A stretch of DNA of 64,000 bases from Phaeosaccion multiseriatum (Eukaryota; Protista; Ochrophyta, other classes), in contig OZ218956.1 in NCBI GenBank assembly GCA_965112735.1, forward strand, positions 2,728,001 to 2,792,000, written 5' to 3'. Below, piece after piece: positions 49,776-64,000 of the stretch. The notes under the pieces were generated by a model. It was not told the origin of the DNA and did not search any database. It saw only the letters and a list, made by a program, of their open reading frames with translations. The stretch's first letter is position 1; each line of letters starts with the position of its first letter. The position numbers and the translations under genes were made by a program.

Positions 49776-50867
49776 TTAGCCGATTTTGATCTTCTTGATG
49801 CCCTCGTGGACGGGCTTCTTGGTGAAGGTCAGTTTCAGCACGCCGTCGCTGAGGGGTGGAGAGGGGAAGCGGCGCGGGAGGGAGGGGGGAAGGGAGGGAG
49901 GGAAAGAGAGGGGTCAGTATCGAGGGGACTCTTCCAATCTTCCCTCACAATCGTATCGCTCGTACCTTTGGTAGTCCGCCTTGACCGAGTCGGCGCTCGT
50001 GGTCTCGGGGAGGGTGAAGGACCTCTGAACCTGGCCGTAGCTCCTCTCGGACATGTGGATGGTCCCACGGTCTTCCTCCTTCTCCTCCGCCCGCTGAGCA
50101 CTCACTGCCAGAGCAACAAGACGAACAGGGGTTAGGCTGCAGGTACAGGCTGACGGAGGAGGGGGACAGCAAGTTCCGCACCTGTGAGCATGTGGGTGTC
50201 GTCGTTGAAGTCCACAGAGATGTCCTCCTTCTTCACCCCTGGAAGATCAGCTGAAGAGAGGGTCGGAAGGGGGGGGTTGACCGGGTTGAGATGGTGACAC
50301 GATGAGAGGCTGCTTCTCCCTTAGTCTACTCATTTCCATACCCATCACGAGGACATTGTCATCCGTCTCCCTGACGTCCACGTTCATGCCGGTCAATCCC
50401 GCTCGACGCCCCGTCCAAGGCGTCGTGAGGTCGAAGCCACCACCCGGAGCTGCCATGGCCATGTCCAGATCTGTGGGGCAAAACATTGCGACGGCAGCGA
50501 GAATGCGGGGAAGAGAAAAAGGAGAGTGAGGGGGAAGGGAGAGAGGAGAGCGGAGTTGAAGGAAAAGGAATTCTTTTCTTCAACTCCTTACGCAAATAAA
50601 GCTCAGCCAGCCATCATCTCGGTCAGCCACCTCGGCTCCACCCCTCACTCACCGTTGAACAGGTCCGTCATGTTGCGGAAAAGATCCAGCTGGCCCTGTG
50701 TGTGGGAGCGGAGGAGTAGGAGGAGCAGGATGAGGATGGGGAGAACATGAAAGGGCGGACGAAGGACTTCTCCCTTTTCCGTCTCAAGCAGCCTGCTGCC
50801 TCTGACTTACAAACATGGGGCGGTAGGGCTGCATCTGCCTGCGCGGTTGTCCGAGTTCCCAAGACAT
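49776..50867 (-). CDS. HSP20: Small heat-shock protein (HSP20), copy B
   Basis: Same 6-exon structure as copy A, with alignable introns. MNVDVRETDDNVLVM/ADLPGVKKEDISVDF/ERSYGQVQRSFTLPE/DGVLKLTFTK...KKIKIG*. Confidence 0.92.
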
Positions 50868-51072
50868 TGTTTTTGCTTTCGGCGATAATCTTGATGATGC
50901 AAAAATAGGTTGTGTTTTGCCAGGACCACGGGCAAGAGAGAAAAGGTTCGAAATCCCGGGGGTGTTACATGGATTTAAGTCTAAACCATAATGATACAAC
51001 GCAGCAGGGAGAGGGCCTTCTGTAGCCCCCTTGTCAGCACTACCGTCTCAAGGGAGGGGCCGCTTGCTCACC

Positions 51073-52556
51073 ATGGCGCAGCAGGCAACGTTAACGCCCG
51101 AGGTACGACCTAGCGCCCTCCTGTAAGACGGTGTTCTTTGGAAAGAGTTGAGTAAAGAGAGGCGTCCTATATATGATAGCTGCGGTGAGACGCTCACGTG
51201 TCGACGCAGTGGACGGCTCTCCGTTGATCCTTTATATGCGCCTCCCCCCCGCTTTTGAGGAAATAGATGGACTCTTGTGTTTCGAAGAGAGCAGAGCGAG
51301 GGAGTGCTTTGTGGATACGATTCTTGCGGTGTGGGAGGCTGACGCTTTCGAAGCTGAGCATCTGCCTGCTGATCCCTTTTATCCGATGTATGTGCCGTCT
51401 CTTCCCCCCGAATTCGCTGCCCTCAATAACACCAGGCGCGGCGGCTGGGGCAGGCCCTGGTCAGAGGGGAGAGCTTCCCCAATGTGAAAGCGGTGGTTGG
51501 GGAGCTCATCGCCAAACATGGCAAAGCGAGTTTGGATCAGCCTATCAACGAAGAAGGATATACCGCAATGTTCAGGGCTGCAACATACGGTCGGTTGGAT
51601 GTCATGGACCTTCTGCTGCAGGAAGGGGCCTCCTTCAGCACCAGACAGGGACCTCGCGGAAGCACGCCATTGATAGCCGCTTGCCTCATGGGACACGATC
51701 AGGTGGTGAGGCGGCTGTTGGACATTGGAGCCCCTGTCGACCAAGCGAATGCCGCCAGAGGCGCTACTCCCTTGATTGCAGCATCAGAAAGGGGGCATTC
51801 CACGACAGTGCAGCAGCTGCTCTCGGCGCGTGCTAACGTCGACTTGGCGGAGAAGCAGGGCTTCTCTCCGATTTGGCTTGCCTCTCAGAACGGACATGGC
51901 TCTGTTGTAAGGCACCTCATCTCAGCCCAAGCGGATGTGAACCACGCAAGTTATCTCGGGGCTACTCCGCTTCTGGCGGCATCGATTAATGGGCATGCGG
52001 GTATCGTACAGCAGCTCATCAGGGCCCACGCCAGCATCGACAAGGCTGACCTCGAAGGTTCCACTCCTCTTCTCGGTGCCTCTCTACAGGGACACGACGC
52101 CGTGGTGGAGAAGCTTCTCTCTGCGGGAGCACGTGTGGACAAACGAGCCAACATTGGCGCTTCAGCCCTCTACCTTTTGCAGCATACAATAGGCACGAGG
52201 CCGTCGTCGCTCGTCTCATCTCTGCGGGATCCCCCATCGATACGACCACAGCAAACGGTATGACTCCTCTCCTTGCTGCTATCCACAACGACCAGCACGG
52301 GATAGCGCGGCAGCTCCTCTCGGCCGGTGCTTCGGTGGACAAGGCATTGGCTGGGGCACGGCGGAATCAGCTCGGCCGGGACATCGAGCAGCGACTTATG
52401 GAGGCGGCATCAGCCTTCTTCCGGTCCCAAACCGCGCTGGACCTCATGCGAAGGACGGATCCGACCTTCGGCAAGGAGAGCGGAATCCTGCCGCTGGAGA
52501 GGCCCTGGAGTGTGGGGAGCGAGACGTGGGAGAGCATGGCGGAGGAGATGGGCTGA
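51073..52556 (+). pseudogene. Ankyrin-repeat gene (about 7 repeats) with a frameshift near 52175; pseudogene or assembly error
   Basis: Exon 1 51073-51102 (MAQQATLTPE) splices in phase to 51436. Repeats GYTAMFRAA, GSTPLIAA, GATPLIAA, GFSPIWLA, GATPLLAA, GSTPLLGA. At TACCTTTTGCA the ankyrin continues in another frame (AAYNRHEAVVARLISAG...GMTPLLAA). Confidence 0.75.
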
Positions 52557-53704
52557 GCGAGTAGGAGGGATGTGCGGGGTGGGGGCAGGTAGGGGCAACG
52601 GCGACTTTGGCAACGAAAGAGTACCGCTCCAGCTTGCTCGCTTGCACCAGTCATGCAGTCCATGCGAGTGAGCCTGTACATCAGAATGCCATGCGAGAGA
52701 GAGACTGTCCACGGCACACTGGCTTGGTGTAAGAGCGGTGAAGTGATTGCGATGCTCTGTCGCAGAGAGGAGCGGAGTACAGGAGGTAGGGGGTCCGGGG
52801 GGGAGGGGAGTCACGTGTGTAGCTTACGGGACCAATGGATGAAGTGTATAGCTTGAGGGGGGGGGGGGGGTGAGAGGGAAGGTGAGCTCGTTTGGAGGGG
52901 GGAGAGTGTAATCCCGATGGATTGAGGCCCAGGGCTTCCTTCCTGGGTGGGACATGCGGGCACAGCAAAGAGTCGTAGCTTATTAGAGAGAAGGATATTG
53001 CCCTGCTAAACACAGAGTGGTAAAGGTGAACGCCAGGTCCTAGACGGGGGTTGTGCTCGTGTGGAGGCAAAAGGCAAGCTCCCCCCAATCGAGTCTATGC
53101 GTACTCAGTGACTGATAAAACACTTTGCTATCACGAAAGAGTACTTAAACTAACGAGATGAGATACTACTCTGTTTCAATTACTTTTTGGTCTCAATTTC
53201 TACCCCTTCGTCGAAAAGAGCCCTGTCCTCGGCAATATCAAGTGGGGATCAGAAAGAAGCGTACGGGTGAGCCCTGTTTCCCAGCGGACGGAAGAAAGCA
53301 GCGGGGAGGCCGTGGATACGCAGTGTCGCAATTGTATCCATCTGTGAATCTTGCTGCTTGCCTCTCGACCTTGGAGAAGTATGTGTATTGCATTTATGCT
53401 CTCTGGACTTCGTTTATAGAATAGAGCCAGAAAGTGAATACGTGGGTCAGTGAGTGAGTGAGTGAGTGAGCGAGTGAGTGAGTGAGTGAGTGAGCGAGTG
53501 AGTGAGTGAGTGAGTGAGTGAGTGAGTGAGTGAGTGAGTGAGGATGGGTTCCTCGTCTGTCTGCCCTGCCCGCCTCGTCCTCGTCCTCCTCTTCGTCCTC
53601 TTCTTCATCCTACTCCTCCTCTTGCCCCTCCTCCTGCTACCCTCCCTCGCGGCGTCCCTCCCTCCTCTCCCCCGCTACCCCCGCCTTCACCCCTCCCACC
53701 CGAC

Positions 53705-56880
<3,176 letters not shown>

Positions 56881-57010
56881 CCTTCTTTACATACATTAAC
56901 TGCTATATATATATTCAATGCCTTCAAGTTACATACATTGATTGTACTACTCGATCCTGGCGTGGCGTGGTGTCCAACAGGCCGCAGCGCAGGTGCCCGC
57001 CAGCCCTCTG

Positions 57011-58992
57011 TCAATCACCACCTGTACAATAAGTAGACGAAGAAGAAGAAGCAGAAGGCGGCGCTCTCGACGCCATCCGTGGGCACAGCTCCACTTTGGC
57101 CGTAGTGAGCCGAACGGCATGCTTCACGAGTCTCCCGCAGCTACATGCGAGCCCCGAGGCTCCCTGCGGCTGAGAAGAGTGGCTGCTGCTGCTGCTGCTG
57201 CTACTTCCCCCCGTTGACATATCCCAATTGCCAATCTTGGCCGCTCCACAGTGCGGACAATCAAGCTTGCCCCCACTTTCCGACGGCAGAGCCGTGCAGC
57301 AAGCTAAACATGAGGAGGTGGCCACCCCCGGTGAAGCCTCGGCCGAGCAGGGAGGTGGCAGTGGTTGGGCAGACGATTTTGGTGTTGATGACAGAGACGG
57401 TAGCGGGTTTGATGCTTCTGATCCTGCTGCTGCGGCGCTTGTTCTCGCCCGGAGCTCTGCAGCGTTGTCCACCCAGACTGACAGAGGGACGAAGAGCGAA
57501 GTGCACGTACTACTCGCACAGTTCAGGGGGATGCTCCCGCCGATGGCCTTTGCATTGTTTGCTGCCCTCGGCCTCTGTTTGGTCTTCATCGCCCTGCCCT
57601 TCTGCCCCTTTCCCGTCCTGCCCCCCTGCTTCTCCTCCTGTGCCTGCCGCCCTTTGCCCTGCTCCGCGGATGCTGCAGCCGCAGCCGCTTGCAGCCAACT
57701 GCTGCCGTCACCGTATCGCTCATACGCCGCGTACGTACTAACACAGAACGAGAAAACATCGTACACATACACAAACACACATATAGATATATACATATGA
57801 GAAGAGGAAAGCCACATCCGCTGCATCGACTTCGTACAGGCCATAGATTTAGGAAGCCCTACCACACCCCCCTACTACCGCTACCCTTGGTCCTCTCTCA
57901 CCCTCCTCCTCTCTCACCTGCTGCTCAGCACGTCAATCAATTCGTGTGTGTGTAGAATGACGTCGCTCTCGTTGAAGAGGACTCCCCTGCACTTCCTGCA
58001 GACGTAGTCCCTGCCACTTTCATAAGCACGTCTCTCGCTGGGCTCCACCATCTGATGCCGCTGCTGGCAGTGCTGGTGCTGATGCTGATGCTCACCCTTT
58101 CTCGCTTTGACAGTGTCTGCGAACCATCTATACGTGGAAAAGGCCTGCTTCCGTGTAATTACTCCAGTGAAGGTATCTTGGCACGTCCAGCCCATCAGTT
58201 CGTAGAGAGATAATTGGGACATGAAGCCCGGGTTGATGTGGACAGTCGGTCGGACCTTCTGAATCTGCACCACCGCCTGCCTCGAAGCCAAAAAGGTCCC
58301 ACCCGCGGGGGGATTTGGTGGATGAATAAGTGAGTGCGTGCGTGAGTAAGTGAGTGAGTGAGTGGGTGAGTGAAGGTCAGGGAGCGGGTGAGTATGTGAG
58401 TGGGTGTGTGAGTGAGAGTATGGGGTAAGGGCATCGGTACTTTACAGTCCTCACCGCGCACCTCTTGCAAAGACAGATTCCTCCTGGTGGCCACCGCCGC
58501 TGCTGCCACCGCCCCTCCTCGGGACTGTCCGTACACACAGTGAATCAGGACGGCAGACTCAGGTCCTTCTCGCACAGCTGCTGGCTCCTCCTCCTTCTGG
58601 CGCCCATCCTTCTGCTGATGTTTCTCGCCCCCCTCTCCTCCCAGTATACCCTCGATGAAGGCCAAGCAGCCGTCTAAATGGCCGAGCAGGTCCTCGTGGG
58701 GAAGGTCAAGAATCTACGTGCAGTACCGTTCGAGAGACGCGTGTATGTTAGAGAGCGATCGAATGAGGTCTGAGGAGGGGCCAGAATATCATGCCTTCCT
58801 CACAGAGCTATACCGTGAAAGGTTGGCGGTATTCATTACCTGCACGACGTGGTAGCGCAGGCGAGACTCGAGGGGGTGGAAGGCTTCAGATCCCAGGACG
58901 ACTACGCCTTTAATGTTTCGCGCCTTTAATGTTTCGAGGTCCCTTGCACTTTCCTGAGAGCCAAGCCAGATCCGCGGTGCCACCTCATCCAT
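57011..58992 (-). CDS. DUSP12: Dual-specificity phosphatase with C-terminal zinc-binding domain (DUSP12/YVH1 family)
   Basis: Exons 58992-58840, 58713-58462, 58276-57918, 57737-57011. Catalytic VLIHCVYGQSR; INPGFMSQL; zinc domain YVCRKCRGVLF, GKLDCPHCGAAKIGNW, CSCG. Confidence 0.9.
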
Positions 58993-59233
58993 CGAAAGCA
59001 CGCCCCCCCCCGCGTTTGTGCACCCGAAGGCCACTACAGTAATTGAACGCGATGAACAATTATTTTTCCCTATAGAGTCACTATAGATACACCATCATCT
59101 GTGAATCTGTGTCTGAATGCCCAACACGCCGGCTTCTGGCCGTTGAGGACGGATCGGATCGGCAAGGGTAAGAATGACGTGCCTTTCAAAGCAACCAGCA
59201 GGCGCACCTGTTGGGGAAGGGATGGAATAAAGT

Positions 59234-60172
59234 ATGGGTGCGCAATACAGCTCCGGCATCGTCGTGCCGGAGTGGAAGGAGTGGGTGGATGAACACGCCA
59301 CCTGCGAGCACCTGCGCACTCTGTACTCCTCCTTCAAGCTCCTCTGCAAGGAGAGATTTGACAATGACGGGTTCTTCATTACTGCGGACGACTTCAGAGA
59401 GGTAAGCCGAGTGGTGCTGTGGAGCAAAGGACGATAGGGAGGGCGGCGGCTGATGCCTCTTTGTCCGAACTTTTTTCTTTTTCTTGCCTCCCTCAACTCT
59501 GGTACGACGACGGTAAGGTGTTTGCGGAGTTGGCACCGCCCCCTCCGAAGAAAGCCCCCCGCGTGGTAGGCATGGATAAGGCGACTGAAACAGCAGAGCG
59601 CCGCAACTCTCTCGCGGTGCACGAGAGAGAGAAACGCGTTCTCCTCGATCAGTGCTTCGCCGTCTTCGACGTCACAGGGATGGGCCAGATATCCGCGGCG
59701 GTCCTCTGGAGTGGGCTGGCAATGGTCACACAGGCTCCTGATCAGGTGAGTCACAACGGACAATGTTCTACGAACATCTAAACTCACTCATTTACTCACT
59801 CACTCACTCACTCACGCATTCACTCCTCTCTCTCTCTCTTACTCACTCCCTCACTGACGGCTTCCCCGTCGCTTTGAGAGCAGGTGAAGCTGAACTTCGT
59901 CTTGAGTCTGTTTGATGCCAATGCCGACCGCTGCGTGAACATGACTGAGCTGCAAATGGGCATGGACAGCGCCGCTGGAGGTCTTTGCAAGTGAGTGCGT
60001 CAGTGAGTGAGTGAGTGAGTGAGTGAGTGAGTGAGTGGGTGAGGGAGGGAGGGAGGGAGGGAGGGAGGGAGGGAAGGAGGGAGGAAGTTATTAGAGTGAG
60101 CAACCTCCCGCCCCCCCGCCTTGCCTTCTGTGGGAGCGTCGGCAAGTGCTACAGTGGTTCCCTCCCCTCCGG

Positions 60173-60207
<35 letters not shown>

Positions 60208-63200
60208 GAAAAAGCACAAACTTTCTTTTTCAGCCTTCCGTTTGCCATCCCTGAGCCGTCCGCCCACGTCCTCCCCTCCCTTCCCCTCCCCCCTACCCTC
60301 CCCCTCCCCCCATCCTCCCCTCCTCATGACACCAGACTGAAGCGCATCGGCTCCCCCCCCGCGGAAGTCACCAAGGGCCTCGCGTACGAATGCTTCCTCC
60401 ACAAATTCCTGGCCGACGAGTGGGTAGGCAGGGGGGCTGCTGGGCATGTGGAGCAAAGGACCTCTGTCACAGATGGCGACGTCAACACCCTAGGAAGCTC
60501 CTCGCCGGGGGAGGCGGTTCCTCTCCCTGCCGAAGAAGACTTGCCAAAGACCGCCAGCTTTGCAGAGATCGGCAGGTTTTGCAAGGTGAGGCGAGCCCGA
60601 TTGGCAGGGAGGGAGGGAGGGAAGGAGGGCGGGAGGAGAGGATATATATTAGAGAGAGGGTGTGTGCGTGAGTGAGTGAGTGAGTGAGTGAGTGAGTGAG
60701 TGAGTGAGTGAGTGAGTATGTGAGGGGGAAGGCCGGCTGGAGGGCAGGGAAGGGGGGCGGGGAGGAGATGAGGGAGAGAAAGAGTGGGTGAGTGGGTGAG
60801 GAGGGAGGGGGTAAGACCAGCTGGTTGGCAGGAAGGGGAGCCGGGAGGAGAGATGAGCGAGCGAGATAGAGTGAGGGGGAAAGGGGGAAAGGGGAAGGTA
60901 CATCTTTGCGTTGTGGAGAAGGATCTACCCCCCCTCCCACTCTTGTTTCCTTTCCCTCTTGGGTCTTACCCCTCTCCCCTCGAAATCCCTCCTCCACTCC
61001 ACCCCGATCATCATCATCACAAGGCCAACGAGTTCTGCCGGAACTTCCTCAAGTCTGTTGGGGGCTATAGGTAAGTCAATGGGTGTGTGTGTATGTGTGT
61101 AGGTGTGTGTGTACGTGTGTGTATGTGCGTGTGTGTATGTGTGTGCGTGCGCGTGCGTGTGTATGTGTGTGCGTGCCTGTGTGTGTGTGTGCGTGTCCCT
61201 ATTCCCAACGAACTAAACTAGCTATCGCTTGTATCTCTCTGTCCCTTCCCATCCCACCCTATCCCACTCCGCCCCCATCCCGTCTTACCCTCTCACCCCC
61301 CACTCTCCATTCACTGCCATCCCCAGTGCTGTGGACCTACTGCAGCTCTACAGCCGTCAGCAGCTGCTGCTCAAGGAACTGACCGCGCTGGACGGCAGGC
61401 TGGATGCAGCCGAGGTTGGGGGGGAGGAGGCCCAAGTAGACTATGAGGCCTTCCAGGAGGAGAGGGGTCACGAGGCCGACCTGTTTGTGGTGGAACGGCA
61501 TCGTCTCAAGCAGCTGGCCAAGAAGTGGCAAGTGCGGGGAAACTTCACGGATGGTACGTGAGCATCGCGATAGGCGCGTGAGGCACCTCTTTCATTCACT
61601 GCCTTGCGAAGCAATCTTCCCTTCCCTTTCCTTTCCTTTCCTTTTCCATTCCTTTCCCTCCGCTTTGAAGGGCCTCTGGTTGAAGATTTCGAAACTTCAA
61701 ATTGAGCCCACACCTCAGCTTTCCTCTTCTCACTTCTGCTTCCTCGCACACCCGCTCCCTTTCCCTCCCCTCCCATCCCACCCTCTCCCCTCCCCTCCAT
61801 CCCCTCCCTTCCCATCCCCTCCCCTCCTCCCCTCTCCTTCCCCTCCTCTCCCCTAAACTCCACAGCCCAAGCCGCCGAGGACGAGAAGCGCAGGAAGAAA
61901 GCGGAGGAGAAGAAGCATCGTTTGGAGATGGAAGGCGGCGGCGGAGGCGAAGAGGACTCGGGGTCTGACGGCTCTCTGTCGGACGAAGAGGCAGCGCTGG
62001 CCAGCAACGACCCGGGCATGAGGCTGCGACTCCTCACTGAAGCCAATAAGGTCCTGAGGGATCGGCGCAAGAAGGTGAGAGAAGAACGGGGGCGAAGAAG
62101 AGGGACAAGGCAGCGCGCAAAGAAGCTTATTCTTTCGGCTTTCTGTTTTCAGGTTGCTTGCAAGTTCCCTGTCGAGGGCAGAACCCCTTTATTCTCTCTC
62201 TTTCTCCCTCCCTCTCTCCCTCTCTCACAAACCCGTCCGTGGCCTTTTCCCCTCGTGCTTCCTTTCCGATGTTGTCCTGTCCTGTCCTATCCTGTCCTAT
62301 CCCGCTTCGCCTTGCAAAGTGGACCAAAGTCGCCGGAGGAGGTACAAGAAACGCGGGAGGAGGGACGCAGGGGGAGCAAGGGGGGCAAGAAGAGGAAGGC
62401 AATGCAGAGGAGAGGTTGCTGAGGGCGCAGAAGCAAAGGCGAGAGAGGCGCATCACTGACAAGCTCACCAAGGCTGCCGCCATGCCTGAGGGAACGCAGG
62501 CCTCAGGTACTTCTACTCACTCACTCAATTACTCACTCACTCACTCACTCACTCAATCAATCAATCAATCAAGTCAGTGAATCACCACCTTCTCTATCGG
62601 AAACTCTCCCTCTCCTCCTCGCCCCCCCCCCTCCCTTCTCCATCTCCATCCACTGCCATCCCTCTCCTCCTTCTCTACCCTCCGCCCTCTGCAGGCATCC
62701 GCTACGCCCCCCGCGAGTGGGGATCGAAGGCCCCTGCACCCGGCGCTCCAGGGGGGCCCAACGCCTTTCGAGCTTCGCTTAGCTTGGAGGAGATGCGCCT
62801 CGCGGCCTGCTGGTGCGTGTGTGCGAATGTGGTTGTGTGCGTGTGTGTGCATGTGTGTGTGCGTGTGTGTGTGCGTGTGTGTGTGTGTGCGTGTGTGTGT
62901 GCGTGTGTGTGTGTGTGCGTGTGCGTGCGTGTGTGTGTGTGCGTGTGTGTATATGCGTGTGCGTGCATGTGTGTGTGTGCGTGTGTATGTGTGTGTATGT
63001 GTGTGTGCCTGTACGTGCATGTGTGTGTGTGCATGCGTGTATGTATGTATGTGTGTGTGTGCATGTGTGTGTGCGTGCGCGCGTGTGTGTTTTGCATGCT
63101 GTGTGTGTGCGCATGTTTGCGGTATCGACGTCAAGATCGATATCAACTGAACATCTCTACCCAACCTCCGTCGTTTACAATACTTCTCCCTCCCCTCCAG

Positions 63201-63896
63201 GGACGGTATGGTAGCAACCGAAGCACACTACGCAGCCGTCGCCGAGGGCCGTCTCTCGTCCCACGACCACAACCGCCACCGCCAGCTCCAACAGGCTGGC
63301 GACGCCTCCGTAGACCTCCTTCGTATCGACGTGGATGTAATCGAGGACCTTCTGGAGGCGGCAGGAGGCTTCTTCGTCACGGATGCACAGGCCGCGGTAG
63401 AGGTGGAGAGCATTGAGAAGGACCAGATGGGAAGGAGCTCTCTCTTCCAAGCCGTCAGGTACACGTATCGTTCGCTCCTTCTCCGTGTGCGTGCGTGTGT
63501 GTGTGTGGGTGGGTGGGTGTGTGTGCGTGCGTGTGTGTGCGTGTGTGTGTGCGTGTGTGTGTGTGCGTGTGTGTGTGTGCGCGTGTGTGTGCCTGCGTGC
63601 GTGTGTGTTTGTGTGTGTGTGTGGGTGGGTGTGCGTGCGTGTGCGTGCGTGTGTGTGTGCGTGTGTGTGTGTGCGCGCGTGTGTGTGCGTGCGTGTATGT
63701 TTGTGTGTGGGTGTGTGTGTGTGGTTATCTCCCTGGGTGCCGTAACGCGCCACGTAACGCCTCCCCCCCTGGACAGATGGTTCCGTGGCTGGATGGTGGC
63801 GAGGGAACAAGCCGAGGAGGCAAAGGCCCACCCCCCTCCCCAATGGAGACAGCGCGTGGCAAGCATGCATCGAAGCATACGCTCCGCTTTCGACGG
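59234..63896 (+). CDS. Large N-myristoylated EF-hand protein (recoverin/calcineurin-B-like N-terminal domain); continues beyond the window
   Basis: Exons 59234-59401, 59518-59745, 59884-59990, 60336-60585, 61024-61070, 61327-61553, 61866-62073, 62320-62506, 62695-62811, about 63201-63457 and about 63777-63896. MGAQYS myristoylation consensus; EF-hands [13 protein letters not shown] and [22 protein letters not shown]. Confidence 0.75.
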
Positions 63897-64000
63897 GTGA
63901 GCTGTGGCGGTACGCATACGGGCATATGACCAGGCTGGCAGGCAGGCATATGGGTAGACTGACAGGCTCTACCTACTAGTTTGCTTTGCTATGATTTGCT

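Noticed and set aside
50920-50970. tRNA-like T-arm GGTTCGAAATCCC
   Set aside because: No D-arm, anticodon arm or acceptor stem could be formed.
51173-51487. 104-aa ORF upstream of the ankyrin gene
   Set aside because: Falls largely inside the predicted intron 51103-51435 and has no recognisable motif.
62574-63929. Cys/Val- and His/Thr-rich ORFs (metal-binding-like)
   Set aside because: Translations of intronic (GT)n/(CA)n microsatellites; the same applies to the many RERE, LSLS, GRKE and LPAC ORFs.

Overview
GC-rich, intron-dense eukaryotic nuclear DNA. It is most consistent with a stramenopile alga (ochrophyte, eustigmatophyte-like), but that assignment is inferred from gene content, signal-peptide styles, TTAGGG and GGGA/GTGA intron microsatellites. 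Most six-frame ORFs are artefacts of microsatellites, so I rebuilt gene models by hand from GT..AG junctions and checked reading-frame phase. About 17 genes, in order: a Myb(SHAQKYF-type)-ankyrin-class II HDAC fusion running off the left edge, D-glycerate 3-kinase with an 11-nt microexon, an intronless PPR-SMR gene, a villin-headpiece protein, actin capping protein alpha, a kelch type-I membrane protein, an IQ+PH protein, a SAMTOR/BMT2-like methyltransferase-fold protein, an AAAP amino-acid transporter, a second PPR-SMR gene, three tandem small HSPs, a frameshifted ankyrin gene, a chimeric ORF carrying duplicated sHSP exons, DUSP12/YVH1, and a myristoylated EF-hand protein running off the right edge. 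The strongest leads are: (1) the DNA-binding HDAC fusion; (2) a MITE family with TCGA termini, 20-bp TIRs, 6-bp TSDs and 31-bp internal repeats; (3) a SAMTOR-type protein with a plastid-like presequence; (4) introns whose two ends carry complementary microsatellites, whose repeats echo the donor site, and which often use AAG acceptors. No database searches were run, so no novelty claim is verified.
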